Shown one piece after another: positions 39,886-49,795 of a stretch of DNA of 64,000 nt (within the stretch, counting starts at the first letter, position 1; each line of letters starts with the position of its first letter). The notes beneath the pieces were generated by a model that was given only the letters and a program-made list of their open reading frames with translations, was not told the origin of the DNA and searched no databases. A program made the position numbers and the translations under genes. This DNA is from an uncultured Clostridia bacterium (GTDB lineage Bacteria > Bacillota > Clostridia > TANB77 > CAG-508), in assembly GCA_947629555.1 (NCBI GenBank), contig CANRED010000004.1, forward strand, positions 2,925 to 66,924, given 5' to 3'.

Positions 39886-42186
39886 ATGTTATGTTCAGTA
39901 TGCAAAAAGAATGTTGCAGTTATTTTTACAAATAAAAAAGTTGGAGATAAAAATGAGCTTGAAGGCTTATGCTATAAATGTGCAAAAGAAAAAGGTATAA
40001 ATCCTCTTGAAGTTTTAGCTAAACAAGCTAATCTTTCTGAAGAAGAATTAGAAGATATGTCTAGCCAATTTGAAAATATGTTTAATGATATGTCTGATTC
40101 ATTAAATTTAGATGATATAAATATAGAAGATCTTACATCTGAATCTGAAGATGATATACCTATAAAATCTTTTATTGCTAATATATTTGGTGGAAATAAA
40201 CAAAGTAATAGTTCTGCTAATTCATCAGAAGATTCAAGCAAAAAAAGAGTAAAAACAGAAAAAAAGCCAAAAGAAAAGAAAAAGAGTTTCTTAGATATTT
40301 ATGGCACTAATTTAACAAACAAAGCAAGAAACAATGAATTAGATGAAGTAATTGGTAGAGATAGAGAAATACAAAGAATTATACAAATTTTAAATAGACG
40401 TGCAAAAAACAATCCTTGCTTAATTGGTGAACCTGGTGTTGGAAAAACCGCCATTGCTCAAGGTTTAGCTATTAAAATTGCAAATAAAAAAGTACCTGCA
40501 AAATTATTGAATAAGGAAGTTTATTTATTAGATATGACTGCTATTATTGCTGGTACGCAATTTAGGGGTCAATTTGAAGGAAGAATGAAATCAATTATTG
40601 ATGAATGCAAAAGTGCAGGCAATATAATACTTGTTATTGATGAAATTCACAACATTATAGGTGCTGGAGATGCAGAACATTCCATGAATGCTGCAAATAT
40701 TTTAAAACCTTCCCTATCTAATGGAGAAATTCAATTAATTGGTACTACTACTTTAAAAGAATATAGAAAATATATTGAAAAGGATTCTGCTTTAGAAAGA
40801 AGATTTCAACCAGTACTTGTTGAAGAGCCTTCTATTTCTGATACAATAGAAATTTTAAAAGGTATTAAAAAATACTATGAGGAATTTCATAAAGTTCGTA
40901 TTTCTAATCATGTTATTGAACAAACTGTTAAAATGTCTGAAAAATATATACATGACAGATTTTTGCCTGATAAAGCAATAGATATTTTGGATGAGGCATG
41001 CTCAAGAATTAATTTAAATAACAAAGAATTATATGAGTTAGAATTGCTAAAAAATAGATTAGCAGATATTCAAGCAGAAAAAGAAGAAGCTGTTTCAACA
41101 GACTCTATTGAAGATTATCAAAAAGCTGCTAATTTAAAAACTGAAGAATGTAGTCTTTTAGAAAAAATAGATGCATTAAATAAGAAACTAGTTTTAACAA
41201 ATCTTACTGTTCAAGATATTGCTGAAGTAATAGAAAATACAACTAAAATTCCAGTTAAAAAAATTACAGAAGCAGAAACTGAAAAATTATTAAACTTAGA
41301 AACAAATCTTCATAAAAGAATTATTGGTCAAGATGCAGCTGTAGAAGCGGTATCTCGTGCAATTAGAAGAAACAGAGCCGGACTTGGAAGTACTAAACGT
41401 CCCCCATCTTTCATATTTGTTGGTCCAACTGGTGTTGGTAAAACAGAGCTTGCAAAAACTTTAGCATATGAAATGTTTGGAGATGAAAACTCTATCATTA
41501 GAGTAGATATGTCTGAATATATGGAAAGTCACTCTACATCTAAGCTTATTGGTTCTCCTCCTGGATATGTTGGATATGATGATGCTGGTCAATTAACAGA
41601 AAAGGTAAAAAGAAAACCTTATTCTATTATATTACTTGATGAAATTGAAAAAGCACATCCAGATGTATTTAATATTTTATTACAAATATTAGATGATGGT
41701 AGGCTTACAGATGCCCAAGGAAATACTATAAGTTTTGAAAATACAATTATAATCATGACTTCTAATGCTGGTTCTAATTTAAATAACAATTCTATTGGTT
41801 TTGGAAAGCAAACTATGGATAAAGGAAAAATAGAATCTGCTCTAAAAGAAATATTTAGACCTGAATTTTTAAACAGAGTTGATGAGATTGTTGTATTTGA
41901 TAGTTTAACAAAAGAACAATTACTACAAATTATAGATTTATTATTAAATGACACACGAAATGCATTGCTAGACAAAGATATTACTTTACAAATAAGCGAT
42001 GCTACAAAACAATATATTTTAGATAAAGGTATAGACTTAAAATATGGTGCAAGACCTTTAAGAAGAGCAATACAAAGATATATTGAAGACGAAATTTCTG
42101 ATATGATATTAAGATCAGAATTAGTTGGTGGTCAAACAATTTCTGTAGATGTTGAAAATGATAATTTAAAATTTGATGTAATTTAA
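39886..42186 (+). CDS. clpE: ATP-dependent Clp protease ATP-binding subunit ClpE (N-terminal Zn-ribbon, D1 and D2 AAA+)
   Basis: The N-terminal CxxC...CxxC zinc finger replaces the Clp_N domain. Two Walker A boxes are present ([13 protein letters not shown] and [13 protein letters not shown]). Confidence 0.85.
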   Translation: MLCSVCKKNVAVIFTNKKVGDKNELEGLCYKCAKEKGINPLEVLAKQANLSEEELEDMSSQFENMFNDMSDSLNLDDINIEDLTSESEDDIPIKSFIANIFGGNKQSNSSANSSEDSSKKRVKTEKKPKEKKKSFLDIYGTNLTNKARNNELDEVIGRDREIQRIIQILNRRAKNNPCLIGEPGVGKTAIAQGLAIKIANKKVPAKLLNKEVYLLDMTAIIAGTQFRGQFEGRMKSIIDECKSAGNIILVIDEIHNIIGAGDAEHSMNAANILKPSLSNGEIQLIGTTTLKEYRKYIEKDSALERRFQPVLVEEPSISDTIEILKGIKKYYEEFHKVRISNHVIEQTVKMSEKYIHDRFLPDKAIDILDEACSRINLNNKELYELELLKNRLADIQAEKEEAVSTDSIEDYQKAANLKTEECSLLEKIDALNKKLVLTNLTVQDIAEVIENTTKIPVKKITEAETEKLLNLETNLHKRIIGQDAAVEAVSRAIRRNRAGLGSTKRPPSFIFVGPTGVGKTELAKTLAYEMFGDENSIIRVDMSEYMESHSTSKLIGSPPGYVGYDDAGQLTEKVKRKPYSIILLDEIEKAHPDVFNILLQILDDGRLTDAQGNTISFENTIIIMTSNAGSNLNNNSIGFGKQTMDKGKIESALKEIFRPEFLNRVDEIVVFDSLTKEQLLQIIDLLLNDTRNALLDKDITLQISDATKQYILDKGIDLKYGARPLRRAIQRYIEDEISDMILRSELVGGQTISVDVENDNLKFDVI

Positions 42187-42206
42187 TTTATGGAGGTAAT
42201 ATTAAT

Positions 42207-42747
42207 ATGCTAAAACATATTCCAAATATACTTACTATTATGCGATTTATACTAATACCATTTATTATACTATATGCAATACAAGATAATTATATTGCTG
42301 TTGCATTAATTTTAACACTATCTGGTATTACTGATGTTCTTGATGGAAGCATTGCTAGAAAGTATAACTTTATAACAGATTTTGGAAGACTTATAGACCC
42401 TTTAGCAGATAAATGCACTCAAATTTCTGTTTTAGTTGTTTTATGTATAAAAAATATAATTCCTCGTTGGATTATATTTGTAGTAATTATAAAAGAACTA
42501 TTATCAGTAATTGGAGCAATCGTACTTTATGGTAAACAATTAGTTACATCAAGTAAATGGTTTCGGAAAACTTGCAACAGTTACGTTTTACTTAGCCATA
42601 TTATCATCTATGATAATTAGACAATTTAACTTAAATTATAATTTTGATTTATATATTTACTATATAGCAGTTACATTAACAATATTCTCATTTGCAATGT
42701 ATGTAAGGTTATATATAACACATAAATTTATACCAAGAAGTAATTAA
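42207..42747 (+). pseudogene. pgsA: CDP-diacylglycerol--glycerol-3-phosphate 3-phosphatidyltransferase with a +1 frameshift near 42564
   Basis: The CDP-alcohol phosphatidyltransferase motif DVLDGSIARK...GRLIDPLADK is present. The ORF ends abnormally at ...SSKWFRKTCNSY*. Dropping the C from tttCgga gives WFGKLATVTFYLAILSSMIIRQFNL...RLYITHKFIPRSN, a normal PgsA C-terminus. Confidence 0.65.
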
Positions 42748-42804
42748 AATATCATTATAACCAAATTTTGTTGTGGAATAAATTTATCATTAAATAATAT
42801 TATT

Positions 42805-42945
42805 AAAAAAATGTATATATTTTTTCAAGACGAACGAATGTGGGGACCGACAAATTACTGGCTGTAGAAGAAATTACGAAAGTAAATTTCGGCCTACAGC
42901 CAGTTATGCAGCCCCGGAGTGAGCCGTAGAAAAAATATATACATT
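42805..42945. ncRNA. Candidate structured RNA element (copy 2), flanked by a perfect 22-bp inverted repeat aaaaaaatgtatatattttttc
   Basis: See copy 1 at 29044..29186. The core is ~85% identical, and helices P1 and P2 co-vary between the copies. Confidence 0.45.
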
Positions 42946-42980
42946 TTTTAATGTTTTATATAATTTTTTCTTCCAAAAGG

Positions 42981-44123
42981 TCACATATTTCTTAATCTTC
43001 CTACAATTTCAACTAAATTATCAACCAAATAATCCACATCATCTTTTGTATTCTCATCTCCAAAAGTAATTCTAAGCGCTCCATGTGCAATTTCATGAGG
43101 TAATCCTATTGCCACTAATACATGTGATGGATTTAGTGATCCTGTGCTACATGCAGATCCACTAGAAGCACATATTCCTTTCATATCTAAATTTAATAGT
43201 AATGCCTCTCCTTCAATATATTTAAAAGATATATTCGCATTTCCAGGTAATCTATTATTTCTATCTCCATTTACTTTAATTTCTGGTATTCTATCTTCTA
43301 CTTGTGAAATATAGTAATCTCTTAAATCTGTTAACTTTTTATTATATTCATCTATATTTTTATATGCCAACTCTATTGCCTTGCCTAACCCAACAATTCC
43401 CGCTACATTTTCTGTACCCGCTCTTTTATTTTTCTCCTGATGTCCACCATCTTGTAATTTATTAAAATCTATTCCTTCTCTTACATATAATGCACCAACA
43501 CCTTTTGGTCCATAAAATTTATGTGCAGACATAGATAATAAGTCTATTCCTAACTTTTTTACATTTATTTTTACATTACCAACTGCTTGAACTGCATCTG
43601 TATGAAAATATATTTGCTTAGCCTTCGCAATTTCTCCAATTTCTTTTATTGGTTGAATTGTACCAATTTCGTTATTAGCAAACATTATACTTATTAATAT
43701 AGTTTTATCTGTTATTGCATTTTTTAGGTCTTCTAGACTTACTATTCCATTTTCATCCACATTTAAATACGTTACTACAAATCCTTCTTTTTCCAAGCTT
43801 TTACATGTATTTAAAATTGCTGGATGCTCAATTTTACTTGTTATTATATGATTACCCTTACTTTTATTTGCATAAGCAATTCCTTTTATTGCTAAATTAT
43901 CACTTTCACTTCCGCACCCTGTAAAATATACTTCTTTTGGAGAACATCCAATAGCATTTGCAACTTGCTCTCTTGCATTTTCTATAGCTTTCTTTGATTG
44001 TCTTCCTAAACTATACATAGATGATGCATTACCATAATTTATAGAAAAATATGGCAACATTTCTTTTAATACTTCTTCCTTAACTGCAGTAGTTGCAGCA
44101 TGATCAAAATATCGTATAAGCAT
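42981..44123 (-). CDS. Cysteine desulfurase (class V aminotransferase, NifS/IscS-like)
   Basis: FDHAATTAV is present, the PLP-lysine motif is SAHKFYGPKGVGALY, and a C-terminal SSGSACS active-site Cys is present. I set the start at the ATG at 44121-44123. Confidence 0.85.
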   Translation of the reverse strand: MLIRYFDHAATTAVKEEVLKEMLPYFSINYGNASSMYSLGRQSKKAIENAREQVANAIGCSPKEVYFTGCGSESDNLAIKGIAYANKSKGNHIITSKIEHPAILNTCKSLEKEGFVVTYLNVDENGIVSLEDLKNAITDKTILISIMFANNEIGTIQPIKEIGEIAKAKQIYFHTDAVQAVGNVKINVKKLGIDLLSMSAHKFYGPKGVGALYVREGIDFNKLQDGGHQEKNKRAGTENVAGIVGLGKAIELAYKNIDEYNKKLTDLRDYYISQVEDRIPEIKVNGDRNNRLPGNANISFKYIEGEALLLNLDMKGICASSGSACSTGSLNPSHVLVAIGLPHEIAHGALRITFGDENTKDDVDYLVDNLVEIVGRLRNM

Positions 44124-44241
44124 TTTTATCCCCACTCTCAATTTTATCTCTATATATTTTTATGCATTATACTTATTTTTATTAATCTTTTTAAAAGAAA
44201 AAGACGTAAGAATTAATCTTACGTCTGATGCAAACATTGCT

Positions 44242-44808
44242 TTATCTTGAATACATTATTTTTGTGTAATCCGGAAAAGCATTATCTTCTAACTTGACAT
44301 TGCTACCATGAAATACGGCTTTATTAAGTTGTCTTGTTGAAGCTTTGTTTTGAAGGAAAGCTTCTTCTTCAACTAAGCATAGACTTTTAGGAAAATAAAC
44401 CATATCAAAATTATTCCCCAAAAATGCTCCTTCACCGATTTTTTGAAGATTTTCAGAAAATTTAACTTTACTGAGCTTTTTACAAAGACCAAATGCATAT
44501 TTTTCAATCGCTTCCATTCCGATAGGAAATTCTATCGATTTAAGCTCTGTACATTGAAAAAAAGCAAATTTTTCGATTTTTTTTAAACTATTAGGAAGTT
44601 TAATTTCTTTTAGCACACTTTCATGTGCAAAAGCCCATTTGTCAATTTCTTCAATACCTTCTGGAATTGCCAAACTAAAAAACTGTAACTCTTTAAACTC
44701 TTTAACCATTTTAGAGTTAATTATCGTAACATCATCCTCTATTTCAAAGAAAAAATCTTCTGATACGAAATTTGAGTTAACCCGTGTGCCTGTAATGAAT
44801 TTTGACAT
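44242..44808 (-). CDS. Leucine-rich-repeat (BspA-type LRR_5) domain protein
   Basis: Repeating units follow the pattern I.IP.S...I...AF..C..L..I. Confidence 0.55.
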   Translation of the reverse strand: MSKFITGTRVNSNFVSEDFFFEIEDDVTIINSKMVKEFKELQFFSLAIPEGIEEIDKWAFAHESVLKEIKLPNSLKKIEKFAFFQCTELKSIEFPIGMEAIEKYAFGLCKKLSKVKFSENLQKIGEGAFLGNNFDMVYFPKSLCLVEEEAFLQNKASTRQLNKAVFHGSNVKLEDNAFPDYTKIMYSR

Positions 44809-44921
44809 AATAAGTCCTCCTCATGATTACTTTAATGTATTGCTTTGTTTGCAATATAAAAATTGCTATACAGTATTATATAGCAATTTTTATGTAAAGT
44901 CAAATTCACTTTATCTTTTAT

Positions 44922-45713
44922 TTATATTAGCACTATGCCTAAAACAATTAAGCCAACTATTACTCTATAAAAAGCAAATGCCTTAAAACTCCCTTTTTTC
45001 AAATATTCCATTAAGAATTTAATTACTAATATCCCTACTAAGAAACTAACTAATACTCCTATTAAAAACTCAAATGTAAATTCAAAATCTGCAAATTTTA
45101 ACAATGTTGCGCCTAAAACTATTGGTGCTGAAAGCATAAATGAAAATTTAGCAGTTGATTCTCTATCTACTCCCATTGCTCTTCCCATTGTCATTGTTAC
45201 TCCTGAACGTGAAACTCCTGGGATAAAAGCTAATGCTTGTGATATTCCTATTATGAAAGTTTGTTTTAATGTAAGTTTTTCATAGTTTGTAGTTGATTTT
45301 GATTTTTTATCAACTATGTAAAGTATCAATCCCATGCAAATTAGGGCTATTGCTATAACTACTGGATTTTCTGAAAAACTTTCTTTATACTGTTCTGAAA
45401 AATGGTCTAATAGAAATCCTATAATTCCACCTGGTATTGTTGCTAATACTATGTACCAAAACATAGTGCCATTTCTGTTCTTTTCTTTTTTTACTGCAGT
45501 TTTATATCCGCCCTTTATTAACTCTATCCAATCTTTAAAGAAAAATATTCCTATTGCTAATAATGTACCAAAATGTAAAGCAACATCAAATGCTTCTGGT
45601 ATTGACCAATTAAATATCCATGGTATTAAAAATAAGTGAGCAGAACTAGAAATTGGTAATAATTCTGTTAAACCCTGTACTGTTCCTAATATTATCGCTT
45701 GAAATACTGTCAT
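44922..45713 (-). CDS. uppP: Undecaprenyl-diphosphatase
   Basis: MTVFQAIILGTVQGLTELLPISSSAHL is the BacA/UppP signature. Confidence 0.9.
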   Translation of the reverse strand: MTVFQAIILGTVQGLTELLPISSSAHLFLIPWIFNWSIPEAFDVALHFGTLLAIGIFFFKDWIELIKGGYKTAVKKEKNRNGTMFWYIVLATIPGGIIGFLLDHFSEQYKESFSENPVVIAIALICMGLILYIVDKKSKSTTNYEKLTLKQTFIIGISQALAFIPGVSRSGVTMTMGRAMGVDRESTAKFSFMLSAPIVLGATLLKFADFEFTFEFLIGVLVSFLVGILVIKFLMEYLKKGSFKAFAFYRVIVGLIVLGIVLI

Positions 45714-45748
45714 TTTATTTTCTCCCCTGTTTTTTATTTATTAAAAAA

Positions 45749-46624
45749 TTATATATTCATTTCCTTAAATATATTGTATATTGTTTCTTTTAAGAATTCT
45801 GCTGATGTTAGTGGTGCTACTTTACCTGGTAATGCTAATGCCCAAATTGTTTTTATTCCTTTTTTATTTGCTGCATCTCTATCTACTCCTCCAGGATTTG
45901 AAGCTAAATCTATTATTAAGCAGTCCTTCTTTACTTTATCTAATCTATTACTATCCAATACTATAGATGGAATTGTATTTATTATAACATCATAATCTCC
46001 TATACTATCGTCCAAAGAATTTAGATGAATTGGATTATATCCATAAGCTTTTATCCATGCTATATCTGATTCTTTTCTTGCTTCACAAGATACTCTAGCT
46101 CCTATTCCATTTAACATCTTTGATAATATTTTTCCTACTCTTCCAAAGCCTAATACCAATACATTGCTTCCATGTATAGTTGAAAGTGTTTCTTGCATTG
46201 CAATTTGTATTGCACCTTCTGCTGTTGATATTGTGTTTAATACTGATAATTCCTCTCTTGTCATTAAATCGATGACTTCTATATTTTTATTTTCTACTAA
46301 TTTTAAAGTATCTTCACTTATGCTACCTGCTATAAACTTTTTTCCGTCAAGTTTTAAAAATAAATCTTCTATTGATATATTTTCTTTACTAAATGGTGTA
46401 TTAATATCTACTTTGTTACTTGATAAAGGTATTGGTCCTATAACAATATCGCTTTCAGCTATTGCATCTACTATATTGTTGTGTTGTATAACATCTTTAT
46501 ACTGATTTAAACTTTCTGCTTTCTCTAATGCATAAGTATGTACTGTGTAGCCATCATTTACTAATATTTCTACTAATTTTACAATTCTTAAATCTCCACC
46601 TATTACACACAAATTTTTATTCAT
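45749..46624 (-). CDS. dpaA: Dipicolinate synthase subunit A-like (SpoVFA/DpaA family, NAD-binding)
   Basis: MNKNLCVIGGDLRIVKLVE...VLVLGFGRVGK matches the DpaA layout. No dpaB is adjacent. Confidence 0.6.
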   Translation of the reverse strand: MNKNLCVIGGDLRIVKLVEILVNDGYTVHTYALEKAESLNQYKDVIQHNNIVDAIAESDIVIGPIPLSSNKVDINTPFSKENISIEDLFLKLDGKKFIAGSISEDTLKLVENKNIEVIDLMTREELSVLNTISTAEGAIQIAMQETLSTIHGSNVLVLGFGRVGKILSKMLNGIGARVSCEARKESDIAWIKAYGYNPIHLNSLDDSIGDYDVIINTIPSIVLDSNRLDKVKKDCLIIDLASNPGGVDRDAANKKGIKTIWALALPGKVAPLTSAEFLKETIYNIFKEMNI

Positions 46625-46663
46625 ACAAAAATCACTTTCCTTTCTAAATATATAATAATATCT

Positions 46664-47887
46664 CTATAGATACTGTTGTTTATCGTTTGTATCGACTTCC
46701 TTTTTCTGTTCTTGTGTTTGTTGCTTTTCTTTAAAACTACGTTTTATTTCATTAACACTTAAGCTTTTTGTTAGTTCATACACATTATTTAAATGATTTA
46801 TTGCTGTTTCTTCTTTTACATCCAACTTGTTTTCTTTATTTGTTTCTTCCAATACATTAATTGGTAAATTTATATATTGTTTTATAATTAAAAACATCGG
46901 CTCGTTTTTTACTATTTCAATATATTTTCCATCTAATTCAATAGCTTTATTTACAAATGTAATTGCTTTATCTCTTTCATTTTTAATCATATATATTTTG
47001 GCTAATTCATAATATGCATCTGCTTCTAACTCTCCCATTAATGCTTTTGCAAAGTACTCTTCAGCTAACTCTATATCTCTATATAACAAAGATATTTTAC
47101 CTAAACAATAATATCCATTGTGTAATTCATGATTAATTTCAGCAGCTTTATCATAATATTCTTTTGCACTTTGAAAATCATTAAGCATAGTATATACTAA
47201 TCCTAAATTATAATATAATTCATAGTTATTAGGATTATATCTTATTGCTGATGCATATACACTCGCAGCTTCCTTATATTTTTGCTGCTCGCATAATATC
47301 TCTCCTAAGAGATTAGTTGCCTCTAAATATTCTGGTTTATTGTTTAATACATTATTTAATATTTCAACTGCTTCATCTTTTCGTTTTAAATCATTCAATA
47401 AATATGAAACTTTGTATTGCGTATTATAATCATTTTTATCTAATTCGATAACTTTATTATATTCATCAATTGCTTTTCTAATTCCACCTTCTTTTTCATA
47501 TATTTCTGCTAGCAATTTATGTGTTTTTACACTATTAGGATATATAGTTATAGAATTTATTAAATACTCTTTAGCTTTTTTAGTATTATTTAATAAAATA
47601 AAAGTTTTACTAATTAATATATTTAAGTTATTAGAAACATTTATTCCTTTCTTCTCTAATGCAATTACCAGTATAGGAATTATAATCGCTAATAAATACA
47701 TTATTACTCGTATTACTATACCATTCCATATTCCAAACAAAATTGATATAAAATTTATTGCAATTCCTATAGCTTCTGTAACTAATACTATAAGATATGT
47801 AGTATCGTTTTTCTTTATTAATTTTAATATAAAAATGTTTGTAAATAAGGAGAAAGCTATTAAGTTAAATAATATCTTTTCTATCAT
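46664..47887 (-). CDS. Membrane-anchored tetratricopeptide-repeat protein
   Basis: Two N-terminal TM segments are followed by multiple 34-aa TPR units (AxxYYxLGxxY patterns). Confidence 0.7.
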   Translation of the reverse strand: MIEKILFNLIAFSLFTNIFILKLIKKNDTTYLIVLVTEAIGIAINFISILFGIWNGIVIRVIMYLLAIIIPILVIALEKKGINVSNNLNILISKTFILLNNTKKAKEYLINSITIYPNSVKTHKLLAEIYEKEGGIRKAIDEYNKVIELDKNDYNTQYKVSYLLNDLKRKDEAVEILNNVLNNKPEYLEATNLLGEILCEQQKYKEAASVYASAIRYNPNNYELYYNLGLVYTMLNDFQSAKEYYDKAAEINHELHNGYYCLGKISLLYRDIELAEEYFAKALMGELEADAYYELAKIYMIKNERDKAITFVNKAIELDGKYIEIVKNEPMFLIIKQYINLPINVLEETNKENKLDVKEETAINHLNNVYELTKSLSVNEIKRSFKEKQQTQEQKKEVDTNDKQQYL

Positions 47888-47900
47888 AACTTTTAACCTC

Positions 47901-48431
47901 TTATTTATTAAATTTTTCTTTATATTTTTCTAAACATTTTTCTATTATTTTCTCTGCATCTTCTCTTCCTAAAATTTTCTCTACCATTGTCTGTTTTCCC
48001 TCTAATTGTTTATACACTTCAAAGAAATGCATTATTTCTGCAGATATATGGTTTGGTATTTCTGTAATATCATGATAGCAATTTAAAAATGGATCTTTTT
48101 TTGCTACTGCAATTATTTTTTCATCATGCTCGTCCCCATCTATCATTTTAATAACACCTATCGGATAGCATTCAACTAAAGTTAAGGATTCTATATTTTC
48201 TTGGCATAAAACTAAAACATCTAATGGATCATTATCATCTGCGTAAGTTTTAGGAATAAATCCATAATTTGCTGGATAATGAGTTGCCGTATATAATACT
48301 CTGTCTAATTTTAACATTCCTGTTTCTTTATCTAATTCATATTTATTTTTTCCACCTTTGGTTATTTCTATTACTGCTATGAAATCATCTTTTTGTACTC
48401 TTTCTTCTCTTATATCATGCCAAATATTCAT
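47901..48431 (-). CDS. ppa: Inorganic pyrophosphatase (family I)
   Basis: It is 176 aa with the family-I core region DDNDPLDVLVL. Confidence 0.9.
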   Translation of the reverse strand: MNIWHDIREERVQKDDFIAVIEITKGGKNKYELDKETGMLKLDRVLYTATHYPANYGFIPKTYADDNDPLDVLVLCQENIESLTLVECYPIGVIKMIDGDEHDEKIIAVAKKDPFLNCYHDITEIPNHISAEIMHFFEVYKQLEGKQTMVEKILGREDAEKIIEKCLEKYKEKFNK

Positions 48432-48502
48432 TGTACATTCCTCCTTAATAATATTAGATATATTTTATTCCAAATTTTACTAAAAGTCCATAGTTTATAC
48501 AA

Positions 48503-48528
48503 AAAAAGTCCATAAAAATGGACTTTTT
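48503..48528. terminator. Bidirectional hairpin aaaaagtccataaaaatggacttttt
   Basis: It has a perfect 11-bp stem flanked by A- and T-runs. A related hairpin gatggacttatgaaaaagtccatc occurs at 34291-34316. Confidence 0.45.
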
Positions 48529-48611
48529 GTCTAGTATATGGATTATTTTTGTTATTAATTTTTTTGTGTTAGATTAATATTAATTTTACTGTTAATTCTT
48601 TTCATAATTAT

Positions 48612-49364
48612 TTAAATATGTCTATCTAAAAGTCTGCCTTTATTGTTTACTCTATATCTTGGATCATCTAAATCTCTAGGAATTTGCTTATCATATTTTA
48701 CATTACTTGCCATACTATGTCTAAATTCACTACTTTTTTCTGTATATTTATTATAATCTTTATAATTATTTTTTTCTTCGTTCGCTAAATCTATATCTAA
48801 TTCTTTTTTATCTGGTTCTGCAAAAAAATTTTTAATAGCATTTTTTATTCTGCTCCATAAAGATGGTTTATTTCTTGTCTCGATTAACTTAACATCTTCT
48901 TGTGAATTTATTGATAATACTTTTGGTATCTTTACTGGTCTTGGTGAAGATGTATATCCTTTTATTGCCTTTTTCATTTTTGCATTTTTATCTAAATTTA
49001 ATGTATTTATATCAGTTATATCCATCTTAGGTTTCATAGATGGATATACAAGCTCATCTTTTAAAGGTGCTATAACAATATTTTTTTCTAAAATTTTATT
49101 TTTCTTTTCCTCTAACTCTGTAAGTATTGCTTTTAATTTTTTTATACGCTCATCCTGTTCCTTCATGCGTGCTTCATGTTCTTTCAAATATTCTTCTTTT
49201 TCTTTTGCAAGTCTTTCCTGTTCTTTTACCTTTTGTGTAAAAGAATCTACAAACCTACCGTCTTTATTCTTATACGATACTCTGCTATAGTAAGTTGAGT
49301 TTACTGATTGTTTAAAATTATTTTTTGCACTTGATGAAGAATTTATTTTTTCCACTTTTTCCAT
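48612..49364 (-). CDS. Lys/Glu-rich coiled-coil hypothetical protein
   Basis: Low-complexity protein with no recognised domain. Its N-terminus MEKVEKIN resembles that of the next ORF. Confidence 0.45.
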   Translation of the reverse strand: MEKVEKINSSSSAKNNFKQSVNSTYYSRVSYKNKDGRFVDSFTQKVKEQERLAKEKEEYLKEHEARMKEQDERIKKLKAILTELEEKKNKILEKNIVIAPLKDELVYPSMKPKMDITDINTLNLDKNAKMKKAIKGYTSSPRPVKIPKVLSINSQEDVKLIETRNKPSLWSRIKNAIKNFFAEPDKKELDIDLANEEKNNYKDYNKYTEKSSEFRHSMASNVKYDKQIPRDLDDPRYRVNNKGRLLDRHI

Positions 49365-49479
49365 ATATTAATAATCCTTTCATAAAACTTACATATATAT
49401 TATACCATTATATTCCTATTTATGTCAATTATGTTTCCTCGTACAGTAAGTAGACGCTAGGCGTTTATTAGTAGTTGCT

Positions 49480-49755
49480 TTAATATTTTTCTTTATCAGC
49501 TTGTTTTTTCTTTGGTTTTAATTCATTTATGTCAGTTCGTTTTATTGAAGGTATAATATTTTTTACTGAAATTTTTTCAGTTTCAATATTACTCACACTT
49601 TGCTGTTTTTTCTCGTGTTCTCTTAGTTCTTCATATTCCTGCATTTCTAGTTTTAAAGTTTCTTTAAAGCTATATTTTTTATCTTTATTTCTTGGTTCGT
49701 TGCTCTCCTTCTTTATTCCTGTTGTTTCATTAATTTTAGATATTTTTTCCATCAC
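49480..49755 (-). CDS. Lys/Glu-rich small hypothetical protein
   Basis: N-terminus MEKISKIN with coiled-coil character. Confidence 0.4.
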   Translation of the reverse strand: MMEKISKINETTGIKKESNEPRNKDKKYSFKETLKLEMQEYEELREHEKKQQSVSNIETEKISVKNIIPSIKRTDINELKPKKKQADKEKY

Positions 49756-49795
49756 ATTCCCCTTTTTTAACTTAATAATTTTAATTATATTCTAA

